A DNA stretch of 64,000 nucleotides from Eledone cirrhosa (Eukaryota): positions 27,962,001 through 28,026,000 of the forward strand of contig OZ024743.1 of NCBI GenBank assembly GCA_964016885.1, in the 5' to 3' direction. Each line of letters opens with the position of its first letter. The stretch's first letter is position 1. Positions 1-13,075 of the stretch are shown here, one piece after another. The translations under genes were made by a program, and so were the position numbers. The notes below the pieces were generated by a model. That model made no database searches, was not told where the DNA came from, and saw only the letters and a list, made by a program, of their open reading frames with translations.

Positions 1-61
1 GGGAAGTGACGTAATGCAAACAGCCAGACATACAGACATATTATAAGGGCGTGACGTTATA

Positions 62-1131
62 AGTATGTATCTATCTAAAAAGAGAAAGACTAAGAATTAT
101 AGAGCGACATCGCTAAATCGCCTAATATGGTCCCTGGGGCTTAGAAAATTTGAAATTTCTTTTTGCTCAGAACACTCACTGAAACATAAGCATTACATGT
201 GTAAAGTTTGAAAACAGTCGGTTGGGTGGTTCTCGAGTTTTAGGGATTCGAACTCACACACACACAGACAGACATCCTCAGTTTTATATATATAGACTAA
301 CAGAAAACCACCCACCTTTTCTGCTAGTATATATATATATTACACACACAGAAATGTATATATATATATATATTACACACAGAAATGTATATATATTTCT
401 GTGTGTATATATATATATATATTACACACACAGAAATGTATATATATATATTACACACAGAAATGTATATATATTTCTGTGTGTATATATATATATATAT
501 ATGTCTGTGTGTGTATATATATATATATTACACACACAGAGAAATGTATATATGTTTCTGTAGCACTCCTCAATTCCCCCCTCTCTCCCTCCCGCTATCC
601 CCCTCTTGTAGTCTGTCTCTTTCTTTCACTCTCACTCTCTCTCTCTCTACGCGCGCGCAAAAAAACATTCGCACGCGCGCACGTGTTTTAGCGTCTATTC
701 ACTCTCTCCCTCCCGCTATCCCCCTCTCGTAGTCTGTCTCTTTCTTTCACTCTCACTCTCTCTCTACGCGTGTGCAAAAAACATTCGCACGCGCGCACGT
801 GTTTCCACTGTCAGACAGACAGACAGAGAAATTGCTGGTTATATATTATAAAGAGATTACAAATTCGATTTTTACACTTGGCGTGGGTCGATTTTAAAAA
901 TTTTGACTCCGCCGGACCTTCATCTATAAGTAGCAATTTCACCGAAATTCGAACGTACGGTTTAAGAGGAGATGTGTGCCGAAGGTTTTAGTAGACAGAC
1001 AGAGTGACTCTGCTGGACCTTCATCTATAAGTGTAGCAATTTCCCCGAAATTTAAACGTACGGTTTAAGAGATGTGTGCCGAAGGCTTTAGTAGACAGAC
1101 AGACAGACAACCTCAGCTTTACATATATAGA
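62..1131 (-). mobile_element. Cluster of nested non-autonomous Helitron-like elements
   Basis: Repeated ends reading TCTATATAT/TCTTTAT on the minus strand, a CTAG-ended hairpin at 297-327 and internal microsatellites. Segment ~545-856 recurs, shortened, at 1976-2128. Confidence 0.5.
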
Positions 1132-2146
1132 CTTGAAAGTCAAGAAATGGTGACTGTCGCAAATAACGCCAACAGAAGCAGACTCATTAGAGCCAATAGA
1201 ATTTTCCCCAAAATAATATGGGCCGAAGCCGAAAAAAATTTTGTTTGGCAGCTCTAATTGCGCCTTAATTTTATTCAAAAAATTGTATACTAACATATTC
1301 GAATACCAGGCACTATTGGAATCAACAATAGCAGCATTCTGAGGGTCATTACAAAACACAAATTCGCGAGAATTAGTGTTTAAGGCTTGCAAGGTGGTAA
1401 AAAAAATCCACAAAATCTTCCATTCTTTTAAAAAAAAAATTTATTTTTAATAATATTTAAATAACTGGCGGTTAGAAAAAAATATTCCTATGAAATTTTA
1501 ATCATACCATTAGGTGTGAATAAGGAAATATTTTTTTATTGTCAAAACAAATGTTCAAAAGTTAAACTTCAATTTTTTGAATTATTTCCAATTTTTTCAT
1601 GAAATTGAACACTGGACATTGGCTGCTGGAAATGGAAATTAAATCGTATTTAAATTTCTAACCTTATTTTATTATTTATATTTTTTCAATAAGAAATAAA
1701 AAAACAACAAAAAAAATTTAAGAAAAAAATTGAACAAATCAAACGTAGGTTATGGAACTGCGTAATCTGATTAATAAATTACCTCATCAGCAGCAACCTT
1801 CTTCAAATGGTCCTTATTATCAGCAGCAACAACTACAAATTCAATGGCAACCTTCTTCGCATGGTGTCAAGTCAGAACCACCTCGAACTGGTTACTTCTG
1901 GCTTGTGCAAGGTGTCTCTATAGCAACCAGCGATTCCCTCGGCCTCAGTGACCAAAGTCAGTGGAGAGGGGAAGGTAATGTTTCTGTAGCACGTGTTTTA
2001 GCGTCTATTCACTCTCTCTCTCCCTCTCGTAGTCTGTCTCTTTCTTTCACTCTCACTCTCTCTCTACGCACGTGTTTCCACTGTCGGACAGACAGACAGA
2101 GAAATTGCTGGTTATATATATAAGTAGATAATATAAAATAACTTAC

Positions 2147-2245
2147 TTGTATTGTCTGTCGATGGTCTTTGAATATATTAACTCTGACAATGGCTTTGTT
2201 AAAATCAGGGTTTGACGACTGAATTATTTCATAATCAATGTGTTC
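2147..2245 (-). CDS. NAT10: NAT10 coding exon 10 (EHIDYEIIQSSNPDFNKAIVRVNIFKDHRQTIQ); gene continues beyond the left edge
   Basis: AG/GT bounded, 99 bp, conserved HRQTIQ. Confidence 0.96.
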
Positions 2246-2867
2246 CTGCAGTAGATAAATAAGAGTTGAGGTCCATCACCAAGGAGTTGATATGAAGTAG
2301 ATAAACATATGCTACTGATACAAACCATAGTAGAAACAAATAACATTATTTCACAGTATAATATTAAAGATTATACAAATAGAAACAATAACAATATAAT
2401 TATTACATATGGTCTAATAAATAGGTAATTGAATTAATTAATATAATTTATAGTGATTTAAATAACAGCAAGTGATGTCTTTAAAAACTATATGCCTTAT
2501 GAGTTCCTTCAGACAGAAAATTGATGTTCTTTCTAATAGCCATTGGTGCTTCCATTAAATCCTGTATAGTCATCTGCATTATTTTAAGTCTGCTTTCCAA
2601 GCCAGCATGGGTTGGATGGATCATCAAAGTTTGAGACTAGACTGGTTAAAAAAACCACATTTTGCTCTTATGTTCAATATTTGGCATGCTTTCTATAGCT
2701 GAAAGCCCTTCCTAATGTAAACCATAGTGCATAGTGGACACATTTTACTGTGGCACCAGCACTACGTTAGTGTGGGTGTTACGATAAAATGCATGCAGTA
2801 CAGTCTGTAAAGAGATCGGTCATTTTATCATGGCATTCAGAAAAAAAATTCCATGGAACAGCCTTAC

Positions 2868-2961
2868 CTGATATTCTAAAGCATCAAAACCTTTAAATAT
2901 AAATTCAAACAGAGTTTTCAAGTTTTCTGGACTTGGTGATGTAACAAAAATATTGGAATAC
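2868..2961 (-). CDS. NAT10: NAT10 coding exon 9 (YSNIFVTSPSPENLKTLFEFIFKGFDALEYQ)
   Basis: AG/GT bounded, 94 bp, conserved motif. Confidence 0.96.
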
Positions 2962-3884
2962 CTAAAATATGAAGAAAATAGCTTTATTGGTAACTAATGT
3001 CATTGAAATTTGGTAAAATATCTAAAACATTGTTTGCTAGAGAAAATGAAAGTAATGGTGCAATGGAAGTGTTAGTGGTGATGCACAATATAGAATGAAA
3101 GACAACAGGCAAGAAATTTACAGCTCACACCTATATTTAGCTAAGCTCTAATGAGGGTGTATCTTATAGGTTTCTTAGGAGTCTAAATAATAGGAGCCTC
3201 AGTCCTCATGGAATGCAATGATAAATGAAGCATTTTGCTGAAGATCACAACCTGCCAGCCAATCCAAGATTCAAACACACAACCTTCTAACTGGATGCAT
3301 TTTATTGCGGCACCAGCATTAGAACTTTACAGAGGGAATGACCTTATTTAAATATCCAACAGCTGTCAAGACATAAGTACAGCTTAGTAAATGGTTAAAA
3401 GGTCAAGGGATTGCAGTTTAGAACAGTGGTTTTCAAATAGTGCTCAGCAGTACAAGGAGTATCTAGATGTGCTTTAAAATTATAATGTAAGGTTTTCGAA
3501 AATCCAAACTAAAACTTGAAAAATGTTGTTAGTACAGTTATGATAAACAAAAAAAGGTAGTAATATTTCTCCTAAGCCATCTGAATCCCGGTTTTTGTAA
3601 TAGGCACACTGTATCCTTGTGTCATAAAGGGTCACTAAAAGAGCTGGAGTCAACAAGGGTATCCAGCAGTAAAACATTATCTCAAACTATCCAGAACAAC
3701 CCAGACCAGCATGAAAAAGTGGATGAAAAGTGATGATGATATCTAAATTTTAAAACTAAAAATTTTTCTTTCTTTTAATGTTCCAAATAAAGTATGCCAG
3801 TAATTTTTATTTGATCTCCAGTATGCCACAAAGCAAAAAAGATTGAGAAACTTTGACCTATTGAGTTAAACATGAAAAACTTAC

Positions 3885-4018
3885 CCAAATCCTACAGCTG
3901 TTGCCATGGCCAGACCTAGAGCAGCAGATTTCCCACGACCACGAGCAGCTGTCATCACAACTGTATTCCGTAAAGTCTTTTCAGACACTGAATCTATAAA
4001 CTTCAATAGCCCTTTAGC
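3885..4018 (-). CDS. NAT10: NAT10 coding exon 8, helicase Walker A (TAARGRGKSAALGLA)
   Basis: AG/GT bounded, 134 bp; manual translation AKGLLKFIDSVSEKTLRNTVVMTAARGRGKSAALGLAMATAVGFG. Confidence 0.97.
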
Positions 4019-4685
4019 CTGTAAATTGAAAAAAATGTATATATATTAACAGATGTTAGCTCCTGAAATAACCAATTCAGAATTATGTAACTTGCCTAAG
4101 GAGTCTACACAATGACAAAAGTAAAATCAATCACCATCTCATAGTTATAAAACTCATTATGAAAAATAATCTATATTTACAAGAAATATAATTACCATAA
4201 TAAATTTTGGAATTACAGTAAAACCAATGCATGTAGTTCTATCCATGTAAATCACCCTGCCTATCTATCTACTGGTTTTAGCTGTACAAAGAGTATGTTT
4301 TAATGTTCCCTATATACATGTATACCTCAACCAGTATGTCCTATCTTAGGTTGTATGTAATGTTCCTTGGTTTCAGATACCCGACACACCTGTTAGATAT
4401 CTGAAATGTAGGGCTGTACCTGAACAGATTGGTAATCATTACTAGATATATGAAGTTTTAGAGAGAAGGGGGCTACAACCCATTTGTTGGGACCATACTT
4501 TTAGATTAGACTAAATACTTTATAATGTCTTCTTCACTGCTTCTTGGTTCTAATATTGTGTCATAACCAGTGACAATGAACAAGCACAAATTAAAGGATA
4601 CAAGCCATCAATACAAGCATACAAGGTCATATGTTAGTGACTGATTAAGGAGAAGCTCTTTGCTTATATATAAATATATATATAC

Positions 4686-4762
4686 ACAGGGTGGCCCAAA
4701 AAATGTATATACACATCATCAGCATTCTAATAAAATTGTGTATACATTTTTCGGGGACACTA
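4686..4762. mobile_element. Tiny Tc1/mariner-type MITE
   Basis: Imperfect TIRs CAGGGTGGCCCAAAAAATGTATA / TATACATTTTTCGGGGACACTA in a TA context. Confidence 0.5.
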
Positions 4763-4853
4763 TATTAATATAGCACCTGCTTACTCTTTCAAGATGTACT
4801 CCAGGCCATTTATATTACCTTTAGCAGAGTAAAAAGCTGAAAAGGGTACTTAC

Positions 4854-4961
4854 CTGGTCCAGAGTCCGGGAACAATTGATGATTGAACCAACTGGCTGTG
4901 TGTCCTGCAAGGATTCCTTTAAAGCAGCCAGGTCACGTTCAGATTTGGTGAGGGATTCTTC
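4854..4961 (-). CDS. NAT10: NAT10 coding exon 7 (EESLTKSERDLAALKESLQDTQPVGSIINCSRTLDQ)
   Basis: AG/GT bounded, 108 bp, LKESLQDTQPVG...TLDQ motif. Confidence 0.95.
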
Positions 4962-5960
4962 CTGAAGAATGAAGGAAATAATGTGACACATAAATGTCAA
5001 GTGTTGAGCTTCAGAGGTCAATGACAAGAGATATAGTATGTTGTGATGTCAAGTAATAATGTATTAGATGTGTGTGACAATCATATTGTGAAGTGGTAGC
5101 ATAGTCAGTGTCTGGTCTGCAAACCAGCCTTGACAGAGCAAACCTTTGATAAAATTCATTCCCGCTGTGACCATCACAGGTTTTTTTTACCCCCAGATAT
5201 TGTGTATCTAGGACATTATCCAACATCATCATCGTTTAACATCCATTTTCCATGCTAGCATGGGTTAGACAGTTGTCCCATTAGAGTCAAGTTGGGTCAG
5301 GTGACCATGTCTTGCTCATATAGAACTGTTTCTGGCTAGGTTTCTCTGACTGGATGCCCTTCCTAACTTCAACCACATTTAGTGTGGGCTGGGTGCTTTT
5401 TGTCGTGATTCCTACACGACCATTTTACAGTGAGGGCTGGGTGATTTTTGTTGACACCTAGACAACCACTTTTCTTATTCATTAAATGTAATAGAATTGT
5501 TTTGTCGAATATCCCTGATTAGCTAAGTAGCTCAAGAAATTACTTATTGGATGAATGATATCATTCTAGCTTTATTGTAGTAGATGTTCTAAATCTAAGA
5601 CTTTTGTAAAGAGTATAAAATTTGCTGAGGTAAATTTGGCTACTACTTTGAGCAGGTCAAGTGAAAGCACAAATATCCTCTCACTAAACTCGTTAATATG
5701 TAGACCAAGCCAAGTAAAATTAAAACAAAAGAGTAACTAAATAAAAGCCATGTGATCAGTTGTACTTACTAAACCACTTGCAAAGTACCAGGTGAAAACT
5801 TACTAAAGCTATCTTTCTAGTTACCATAAACATATTTCAGTAGTCATTGGATGGTTTAAATACATGAAGTTGTAATTCATAACAAACTGAAATAAGCAGA
5901 GATGAAGATATAAAGATAATATCAGGTGAAGAGATGAGATATAAAGTAAATATTAGTTAC

Positions 5961-6075
5961 CTTGGATATCTTAGGCAATGGGGTGACAGTGGCTGTTAAT
6001 GATGACAGAGGTAAGATATTGTATTGACTGTCGATAACCAAACACTGACTGCATGTGGCAAGAGAAAGCAGAAAT
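5961..6075 (-). CDS. NAT10: NAT10 coding exon 6 (FLLSLATCSQCLVIDSQYNILPLSS...)
   Basis: AG/GT bounded, 115 bp, restores frame with exon 5. Confidence 0.95.
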
Positions 6076-6689
6076 CTAGACAAAAACAAAGAAAAAAAAT
6101 ACAAATACAGGAAAGCTGTGAGATTTATCACTTCACAACAAACTAACACTGGTTGCTGTTTTTTGTCTTTTATTGAAGTAATTAACAAGTTAATAAGATA
6201 AAAGTTATATATAAGTGACTACACAGTTTGGAAATCCTATATTTTCAAGCCATTTCCCTGTTAAAGCAGGGGTTAGCCTAGCCTAATCATACTCAGTATG
6301 GGATCTCTTTGAGGCTAGGTTTTACAGTGGATGCTTTTGCTGATTCTACCCCATTTAGTTGCCTCTTAAGAAGCAGGGATGTGGTATAGCTGTTTCAAAA
6401 CTGTATACATAAAATACACTGTGAATCTAAAGTGATATCTATCCTAAATGTCAAGAGAATTTAATACCAACAAAATGCAACAGGAGGTGGTCCACAATAA
6501 ACCTACATGACATTTTCTTGCTGTGTGATAGATAGATAGATAGATAGATAGATGGATCAAATTAAGGACTCCACATCACATAATCATAGAATAAATATCT
6601 TATTAACGAACAAAAGATTTCACAAAGATGTGTGTGTATGTATTTATATATAAGCACACATACACGCCAATGAGTATTAAAAAGCATAC

Positions 6690-6751
6690 CTTTCATTAAA
6701 GCGACCTGTGACTTCTTGATGTGATTCTGTTCTGAATCTTGAATGAACATC
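6690..6751 (-). CDS. NAT10: NAT10 coding exon 5 (DVHSRFRTESHQEVTGRFNER)
   Basis: AG/GT bounded, 62 bp, conserved DVHSRxRTE...RFNER. Confidence 0.95.
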
Positions 6752-7030
6752 CTGTAGATAGGAAAGTAGGATATATAACATTACTGTAGCAATATTGTTC
6801 TATACTTCAGATCAACACAATCAGGCATACATGTAAACTACCATACATATACACAAACTAAATACATAGAAAACACATTTACAATAACAATGAGCTCTAG
6901 AAGGAAGAGATGTTCAGTTTAGAGCTTACACCATGGGACAAAAAAACCAATTCTACAAATAGTAGAGGCACATCATAAAATAGTACATTGAATTATGTAG
7001 TATCAGCAAAAAATGTACACATCCACTTAC

Positions 7031-7153
7031 CATTGTCATTGTGTACAGCTGTCTTAAAGAATTCATTGTACGCAGTAAGATCACAATTATACCACCCCCT
7101 TCGACTGTTTCCACTGTACGAGCCAAAAGATTTGGAGTTAAGGCCTCAAAATC
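7031..7153 (-). CDS. NAT10: NAT10 coding exon 4 (DFEALTPNLLARTVETVEGGGIIVILLRTMNSLRQLYTMTM)
   Basis: AG/GT bounded, 123 bp, diagnostic DFEALTPNLLARTVETVEGGG motif. Confidence 0.97.
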
Positions 7154-7900
7154 CTGAAAGAAATACATGAAGAATATTAAACTATAGTCATCATAATTGT
7201 AATTATTACCATAGAATTTCCACTTTACTGACCATAGTTAAAGAAAAGGCTATAGTTGTCGTAACTGGCTAACCCAAAACAATTCAGTAATAGCAGTCCC
7301 ATGTTGGGAACAATCCTAATATCTAGGACACTGGAAATGCTGTATTTAATAACACACTACACAAACTGTCATGCAATGAACCATAGGGTTTTACTTTTAA
7401 AATCTCAATGTCTATGAGGCTAACATAACTATAAACTGCTGATGTAAATAATACATTATCTTTCTCAATTTTCAAGAATATAAAAGATAATTGTGATTTG
7501 GTAACTTCCTATTATAGAAATCCAGTTAACCAAAAATCAGTAATATTAAATTGTATACTTTACTTCTTAAAATTTTACATGTAAAGGAATATGATATTAA
7601 ACAAAACCATTTCAGATGCAAACATCCAGATTGTTTTCTGATATTGCATATCCATGACTGCGAGGTTCAGTTTGAAGAGTTCAAAACTAAGTGAATGATA
7701 TATTGTAAAAAGGTGAATCTCTGTTGCAAATAATATTAGATTTGTTTCTAATATTATAAATCAATGCAGAGTTACTCAATTAATAAAATGGTTACTAATT
7801 CAGTGCATCATTTCCTGAGCAATGCCGTGTGGCAGTGTAGTATATTATAAAAATAAATTTGGGGTATAGAGCAATACCCCGACTTGCTCAGCACCCTGAA

Positions 7901-7964
7901 TATGTCACACTCCAATGTGGTCTTGTATTATATGTCACACTCCAATGTGGTCTTGTATTATATG
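7901..7964. repeat. 30-bp tandem duplication
   Basis: tatgtcacactccaatgtggtcttgtatta present twice exactly. Confidence 0.9.
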
Positions 7965-8547
7965 GGACACCCCATTATTTATCATATAGATCAATCTTAC
8001 GATATAAGCAATGCTCCAGCTAATGTTTCCCAATCACTGAGTTACATTTTGATGTGAGCAGCACCAATACAGTGACTGTCTCAGAGCTGAGAGGAAAAAT
8101 TAGATGTATCCTAATTTTTCCAACTCTTGCACTCATATCACCAATGGACCTACTTCAGTTTCAACAATGTGTTCCAGTTCTTCAATCAACAGAGCAGCCT
8201 ATTTGTGATATTAACATGTAAGTGGCATACCCATAATGTAATTCTCAGGGATATTCTGCATGAGACAGTGTGACAAGGTTGGCCCTTTGGATTTCAAGTA
8301 CAATCCATCCAATGGATTCCAAGCAGTTTCCGTTTAACTAATTTCACAATTTCTGGGCTGTTTTGAGGCTGTGGTAAAATACACTTGTCTAAGATGTAAT
8401 GCAATGGGATCAAACCCGAGAATTAATAGTTGCAAAACAAACTCCTTAACCATCCCACCATGTTACATTTCAGTTATTTACCGAGTTAGTTAAACAAATA
8501 TGTAAACATTTAACACATGGATCTTTGTAAAACAAAAAAGCAGTTAC

Positions 8548-8731
8548 CTGAAGAACACACATGCCATAAGTATTGCCAAGAATTTTGTGAGTCTCCTTGT
8601 AATAACAGTAACGGATATTGGTTGATGCCAGGAACAACTCAAAAGCATCAGCATCTTTCTCAGACATTGTTGCAATACGACCAGTCTTTACTTTCTTCTG
8701 CATCTTTCGCATGCGTTTCTTGTGGCCATGT
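8548..8731 (-). CDS. NAT10: NAT10 coding exon 3 (HGHKKRMRKMQKK...TNIRYCYYKETHKILGNTYGMCVLQ)
   Basis: AG/GT bounded, 184 bp, phase compatible with the previous exon; overlaps ORF 8470..8712. Confidence 0.96.
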
Positions 8732-8820
8732 CTATAAGACAGAAAAGAAATAACAACTCAGATTTTTACAAGAACTCACAGAATAAGTATCGTACTTGTA
8801 GTAGTTTGAACAAATATTAA

Positions 8821-9023
8821 TCCTTTAGCATTTACATTACTCTATATATACTATTGTATTTTCATGGTGAAGGCTTTACCTCACATAATATCAAATCTAT
8901 GAGATTTTGATATTATTAATGTTGAGAACAATACTATCAGTATTAGCAGCCAGTTACAGCTGGTTTGAATAGAAAGAGGTGAGAGAATTCTGGCTGGATA
9001 CAGCTAGTTTAAATGCTAAATGG
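8821..9023. mobile_element. piggyBac-like MITE copy 1
   Basis: TTAA followed by (T/C)CCTTTAGCATTTA TIR; inverted homologue of 9522-9718. Confidence 0.6.
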
Positions 9024-9521
9024 TAAAACACTTCCCAATCATATTTTTAATGGTTTGGCTTTAAAGCTGTGACTATGGTTTTTACAGGCCCTTCCTAACC
9101 AATGATATCCACATAATTAACAAACTTCTTAAAAATAGCTAAATTTGAAGGTTGCAGGAAAAACTTAGGTAGAGAGAGAATTCCAGGAGTGAGTGACTAA
9201 CTGGATAAAGTGGTTAGTGCAGGGCCTGAGATACTAAACACAATATGGGTGAATAAGGAGTGTTTGAATAGAAGTGGCACAAGAACTGAAAAGACAATTG
9301 AATATTCCTATATGATGATAAAAATTCAAAACTGCAAAAAATAATGATTTAAAGCAAAGGAATTATATTTTTGTTCAGTTTTGGGAAATATATATACTAG
9401 GATATATACCAGGTGTAAAAAAAGTGGGAAATAATATTTTATCATTTTCACATCGACTTTTCCACAAGGGCATAATTTGGACACGATAATATTAAAATGA
9501 AAGTTTTTTTTTTAAATTTAA

Positions 9522-9718
9522 CCCTTTAGCATTTAAACTGGGCATATCTGGCCACAATTTTTTCACCTCTTTCTGTTCAAACTAGCCACTCATAATGATG
9601 TTACGGTATTGTCCTCAAAATAAATAGTATCAAAATCTCACAAATTTGATATTATGTGAGATAAAGCCTTTACCATGAAAATACAATAGAAATATAGAGT
9701 AATGTAAATGCTAAAGGG
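9522..9718. mobile_element. piggyBac-like MITE copy 2
   Basis: TTAA|CCCTTTAGCATTTA ... TAAATGCTAAAGGG|TTAA: TIRs plus TTAA target duplication. Confidence 0.75.
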
Positions 9719-9809
9719 TTAAATATCAACTTAAAATTAGTTTCCTATAAAAGCAGAGGCAGTCTTGGGCTAGCTAGTATCAAATGGGTTAAAAAGCAAA
9801 ATTACTTAC

Positions 9810-9901
9810 GAAGAGAAACCAAGTTCTTTTTTATAACACCACAAGACAGAGGGTCTAGCTTTTACCTCTGCCTTTGTCAACATGTGGTGAAGTACAACAA
9901 T
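9810..9901 (-). CDS. NAT10: NAT10 coding exon 2 (IVVLHHMLTKAEVKARPSVLWCYKKELGFS)
   Basis: AG/GT bounded, 92 bp, conserved RPSVLWCYKKELGFS motif. Confidence 0.96.
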
Positions 9902-10680
9902 CTGGAAGAGAAAATGAATCAATGCTACATTAAATGTTCTTCAGAAAGAATAGGGGAAATAAATAAGATAGCAATATAGTTCATATAATTAAACTAAAAA
10001 TTACTGTAAAATACATATATATCAATTTCTAAATGTAGCTTGCCTCCTAATTATGGTGATTGAAGTTTACCTTTGAAAGAATGGACTGGAATATTGTTGA
10101 AACTATTTTCTGATTAAGCAGACTTATGCCTAAAGATATTCCAACTGTGATAATCCCATCTTTTTGAGGAGTCTCTAGGACTACATTATCTAATGTCCAT
10201 TACTTTTCTGAGATGGTAAGGTGTTCTTTCAGGAAGATTTGATTGCTACTTCTGGCAAATAGAGTAAATGCATAGATATCCTCAGAGGGTGTAACTAGAA
10301 ATGAGACAGAAAAACTGAAGACCTTTGGTGATACTAATCTGATATTATCAAAATATTTACTAAGGAAATGTTGTTTAGTCCCCAAATAGCCTTGATTAAA
10401 TAGACTAAAGATCAAAGGCATCTTTTTACAAACACAGACTTTATTATCTAATCTGTCATTCCTTTTTTTAAGATCATGGGGTATTATTTAAGGAAAATGT
10501 GGCTACTCTTCCTAGCAAGTTGAGAAACCAGATAGGGGAATAATCACCCCCTCATCATCATTATTGGATATTAATACTTGTTTTACTGATTCATTTACAC
10601 TAGGTTTTGGTTAGCACATTTACATATGTCCAGTGAGATAGATATAGTACACCAGGATATAAAAGAGACCATTCAGTTAT

Positions 10681-10760
10681 GACTGACTACAAATTGAGAT
10701 TTTGGACTGACTACAAATTAAGGCTTTGGACTGACTACAGATTAAGGTTTCGGATTGACC
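10681..10760. repeat. ~24-bp minisatellite, about 3.5 copies
   Basis: gactgactacaaatt(g/a)ag(a/g)(t/c)tttg unit repeated. Confidence 0.8.
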
Positions 10761-11639
10761 TTAAAGTAGTAAGTTTCAGTTCTACATGTGGTAATTCAAG
10801 GCTAAAGACTTCATGATATATCATTTGATCTTGCCAGTATAGCCCAATATGACAGCAAAATACATAGTCTATTAATAAAGTATTATCAAAGTAAATGAAC
10901 TAAGATTTGAAACTTATCTACAATGCCAACAGTACTCAGCTTCTTGTATTGAGATCACCATAGCAGCATCACCATTTGAATTATGATCAATATGTGTGAA
11001 CAAATTTTCTTTCACTCTACATAAAATTTATTCTACTAATATCTTAGTATTACAGTTTGTTGATGTAGAACATAACTGGTTTACTCTTATTCAACTGTTC
11101 TACTATAGTAGTTAGAGTTGTGTTGTAAAGTAATTCCAAACACTATCAGCTATCTATTTCTCTATATTCTTCACCATTATTTAACTGCATTATCCCTGCT
11201 ATCAAGGGTTAGACAGGTTGCCACAAACTCAGACCATACCAAAGCTACTAACCGCTCAAATTCGGTTGGGGCACACATTTCACTAACTTATGTTCCTACA
11301 TTATACCTGGTTGGGAAGACCAGAGGGTCACATCTTGCTTACAAACTGTCTCCATACTAGGGAGATTGTCAGGTCTTAGAAACAGCTGATGAGACCTCCC
11401 AAACCTGTACCAGGTTTTCTACAGCTGGATGCCCTTCCTAAATTATATAAGCTGAGATTATTATTTCATCAAAACTTGCAGTTTCTTTCACACTGCTAAT
11501 ACTCAAAAATAAAGAATTGTAATGAGGAATACTTCTGTGTGAGTATATATATATATATAATCTGCTTTATTTATTAAGTACTTTTACTTATCATTTATTG
11601 AAAGAGGGAGATTGAGAAAGAGTATATGAAATACTATAC

Positions 11640-11747
11640 CTGGTCATGCCCTTGATCTCCAACAACAACAAACATACTGCGATGTCTTTTAGCCACACTA
11701 TTTTCAATAAGTGTCTTGATACGATTATCAATTTTTTTGCGAGTCAT
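11640..11747 (-). CDS. NAT10: NAT10 first coding exon (MTRKKIDNRIKTLIENSVAKRHRSMFVVVGDQGHDQ); exon acceptor at 11771
   Basis: Manual translation matches the NAT10/Kre33 N-terminus (MxRKKxDNRIxxLIEN...FVVVGD). ATG at 11747-11745, GT donor after 11640, upstream AG at 11773-11772. Confidence 0.96.
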
Positions 11748-12892
11748 TGTTAGATATCACAGTTTAATGAGCTGTCAAATATATATATATATAAAGAAAA
11801 ATTGCAATTTTTCACACAAGTTAGATAGTTTGTTACAGCTTAGGGACAGTTCATTGCTTTTTTAACTACCCTAATTATTAGGATAAAAAAATAAACAAAT
11901 GAAATAATCTATAGCGAGATATAGCTTTTCAAAGACAGAGATGAGGTAATATGCTTTATAAGATCCATCTAATACATACATATCCATACCTGTACAGTGA
12001 GGGATTTATTTCTACCTAAGTTACATAGATATATCCTTGTCACACTCTCCAACAAAAATACTCTAACCAAGTGGTTAATCCAATGGAAATAGCCAACAAT
12101 GTCAGTGTTCACATAAACTTATATCATTTTCATGCCTGATGTATAAGACAAAATATTAGATAAGTGTTGCAAACATTGAGGAAAATCTGGAAAATATTAA
12201 CGGATGCTGCTGTTGAAATTATTTCATAACTAACCACATGAATATCTTTTGCTATTTCTACCCTCTGAGCTTATATATTGGCTTATTGGATAACTCTTAG
12301 AGATGCAAATGTCTGAGAAAACTTGAGCTTTTAACAAGATGTCAGTAGAAGTCACACATTTAAGACTTGATTCATGCATTTTCAGGTTACAAAGTTGATG
12401 GTAAGTAGTTCTGATGTGGTAAGGTTGTGAGATGAGATCTTATATGTTGAACCTTAGAAGCGAGGTAACACAAGATTGAACTGGGTAGAGGTGTTGCACA
12501 TCCAACCAATGCTTGCATGGCAAACTGACACAAAATGAGGGTTATACGTTGAGCGGTTGCAATACAAACTGTGCAGCAGTTTAACTGCCTAAATTTAGGC
12601 ATTAAACAACTCTTTGACCACACATTATCATGTTATTTATTACTTATCGTTGATTTGAAATTATTTTCGTCTTACATTCACAGCTCCAGAGAATGTATAC
12701 AAACATCAATTTGTAAACTTCCCCTCCTACAAGTCTCGGTGGCAGGAGAAAAAAAGGAAGAGTTATAGCCAAGTATGAGACCCATTCAACTAGAACTATC
12801 AGTGTGTCGGTTCAACTTCCTTAAATGTTGCATCTAGCCTTCGGGTAATTGCTGGCCTTGTGCCTAACGTAGAAACAATATATTAGCACCAT

Positions 12893-13075
12893 GGATTGGC
12901 AGAATCGGTAAAGGGTCGGACGCCATGCTTTGACGTAAAGAGTTACGGCCCTTGCCATTCTGAGTTCAAATCCCGCCGAAGTTAACTTTGCCTTTCATCC
13001 TTATGGGGTCGATAAAATAAAGTACCAGTAATGCTCTAGGTATTTGCTGGCCTTGTGCCAAAAGTAGAAACAATA
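12893..13075 (+). mobile_element. tRNA-type SINE (family A)
   Basis: A-box-like TGGCAGAATCGG, B-box GAGTTCAAATCC, body ending GGCCTTGTGCCAAAAGTAGAAACAAT; many copies in the window. Confidence 0.8.

Noticed and set aside
222-732. ORFs rich in YIYI/CVCV (also at 16917-17303, 28586-28941, 45565-47142, 52169-52507, 55537-55981)
   Set aside because: Translations of TA/TG/CA microsatellites that lack stop codons; not genes.
3480-3677. ORF ending NNIFQVLVWIFENLTL as a NAT10 exon
   Set aside because: The true YSNIFVTSP exon is at 2868-2961, and exon phases are complete without this ORF.
4370-4470. Possible intronic C/D snoRNA (SNORD13/U13-like guide for NAT10): GTAATGA...CTGA on the minus strand
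   Set aside because: The C box is imperfect, the CTGA is buried in a local hairpin, and no 18S antisense element (AACCTTGTTACGAC-like) was seen here or in the other introns by eye. An Infernal search would be decisive.
12893-12980. tRNA gene (A and B boxes)
   Set aside because: No cloverleaf, and it continues into a multi-copy SINE body.
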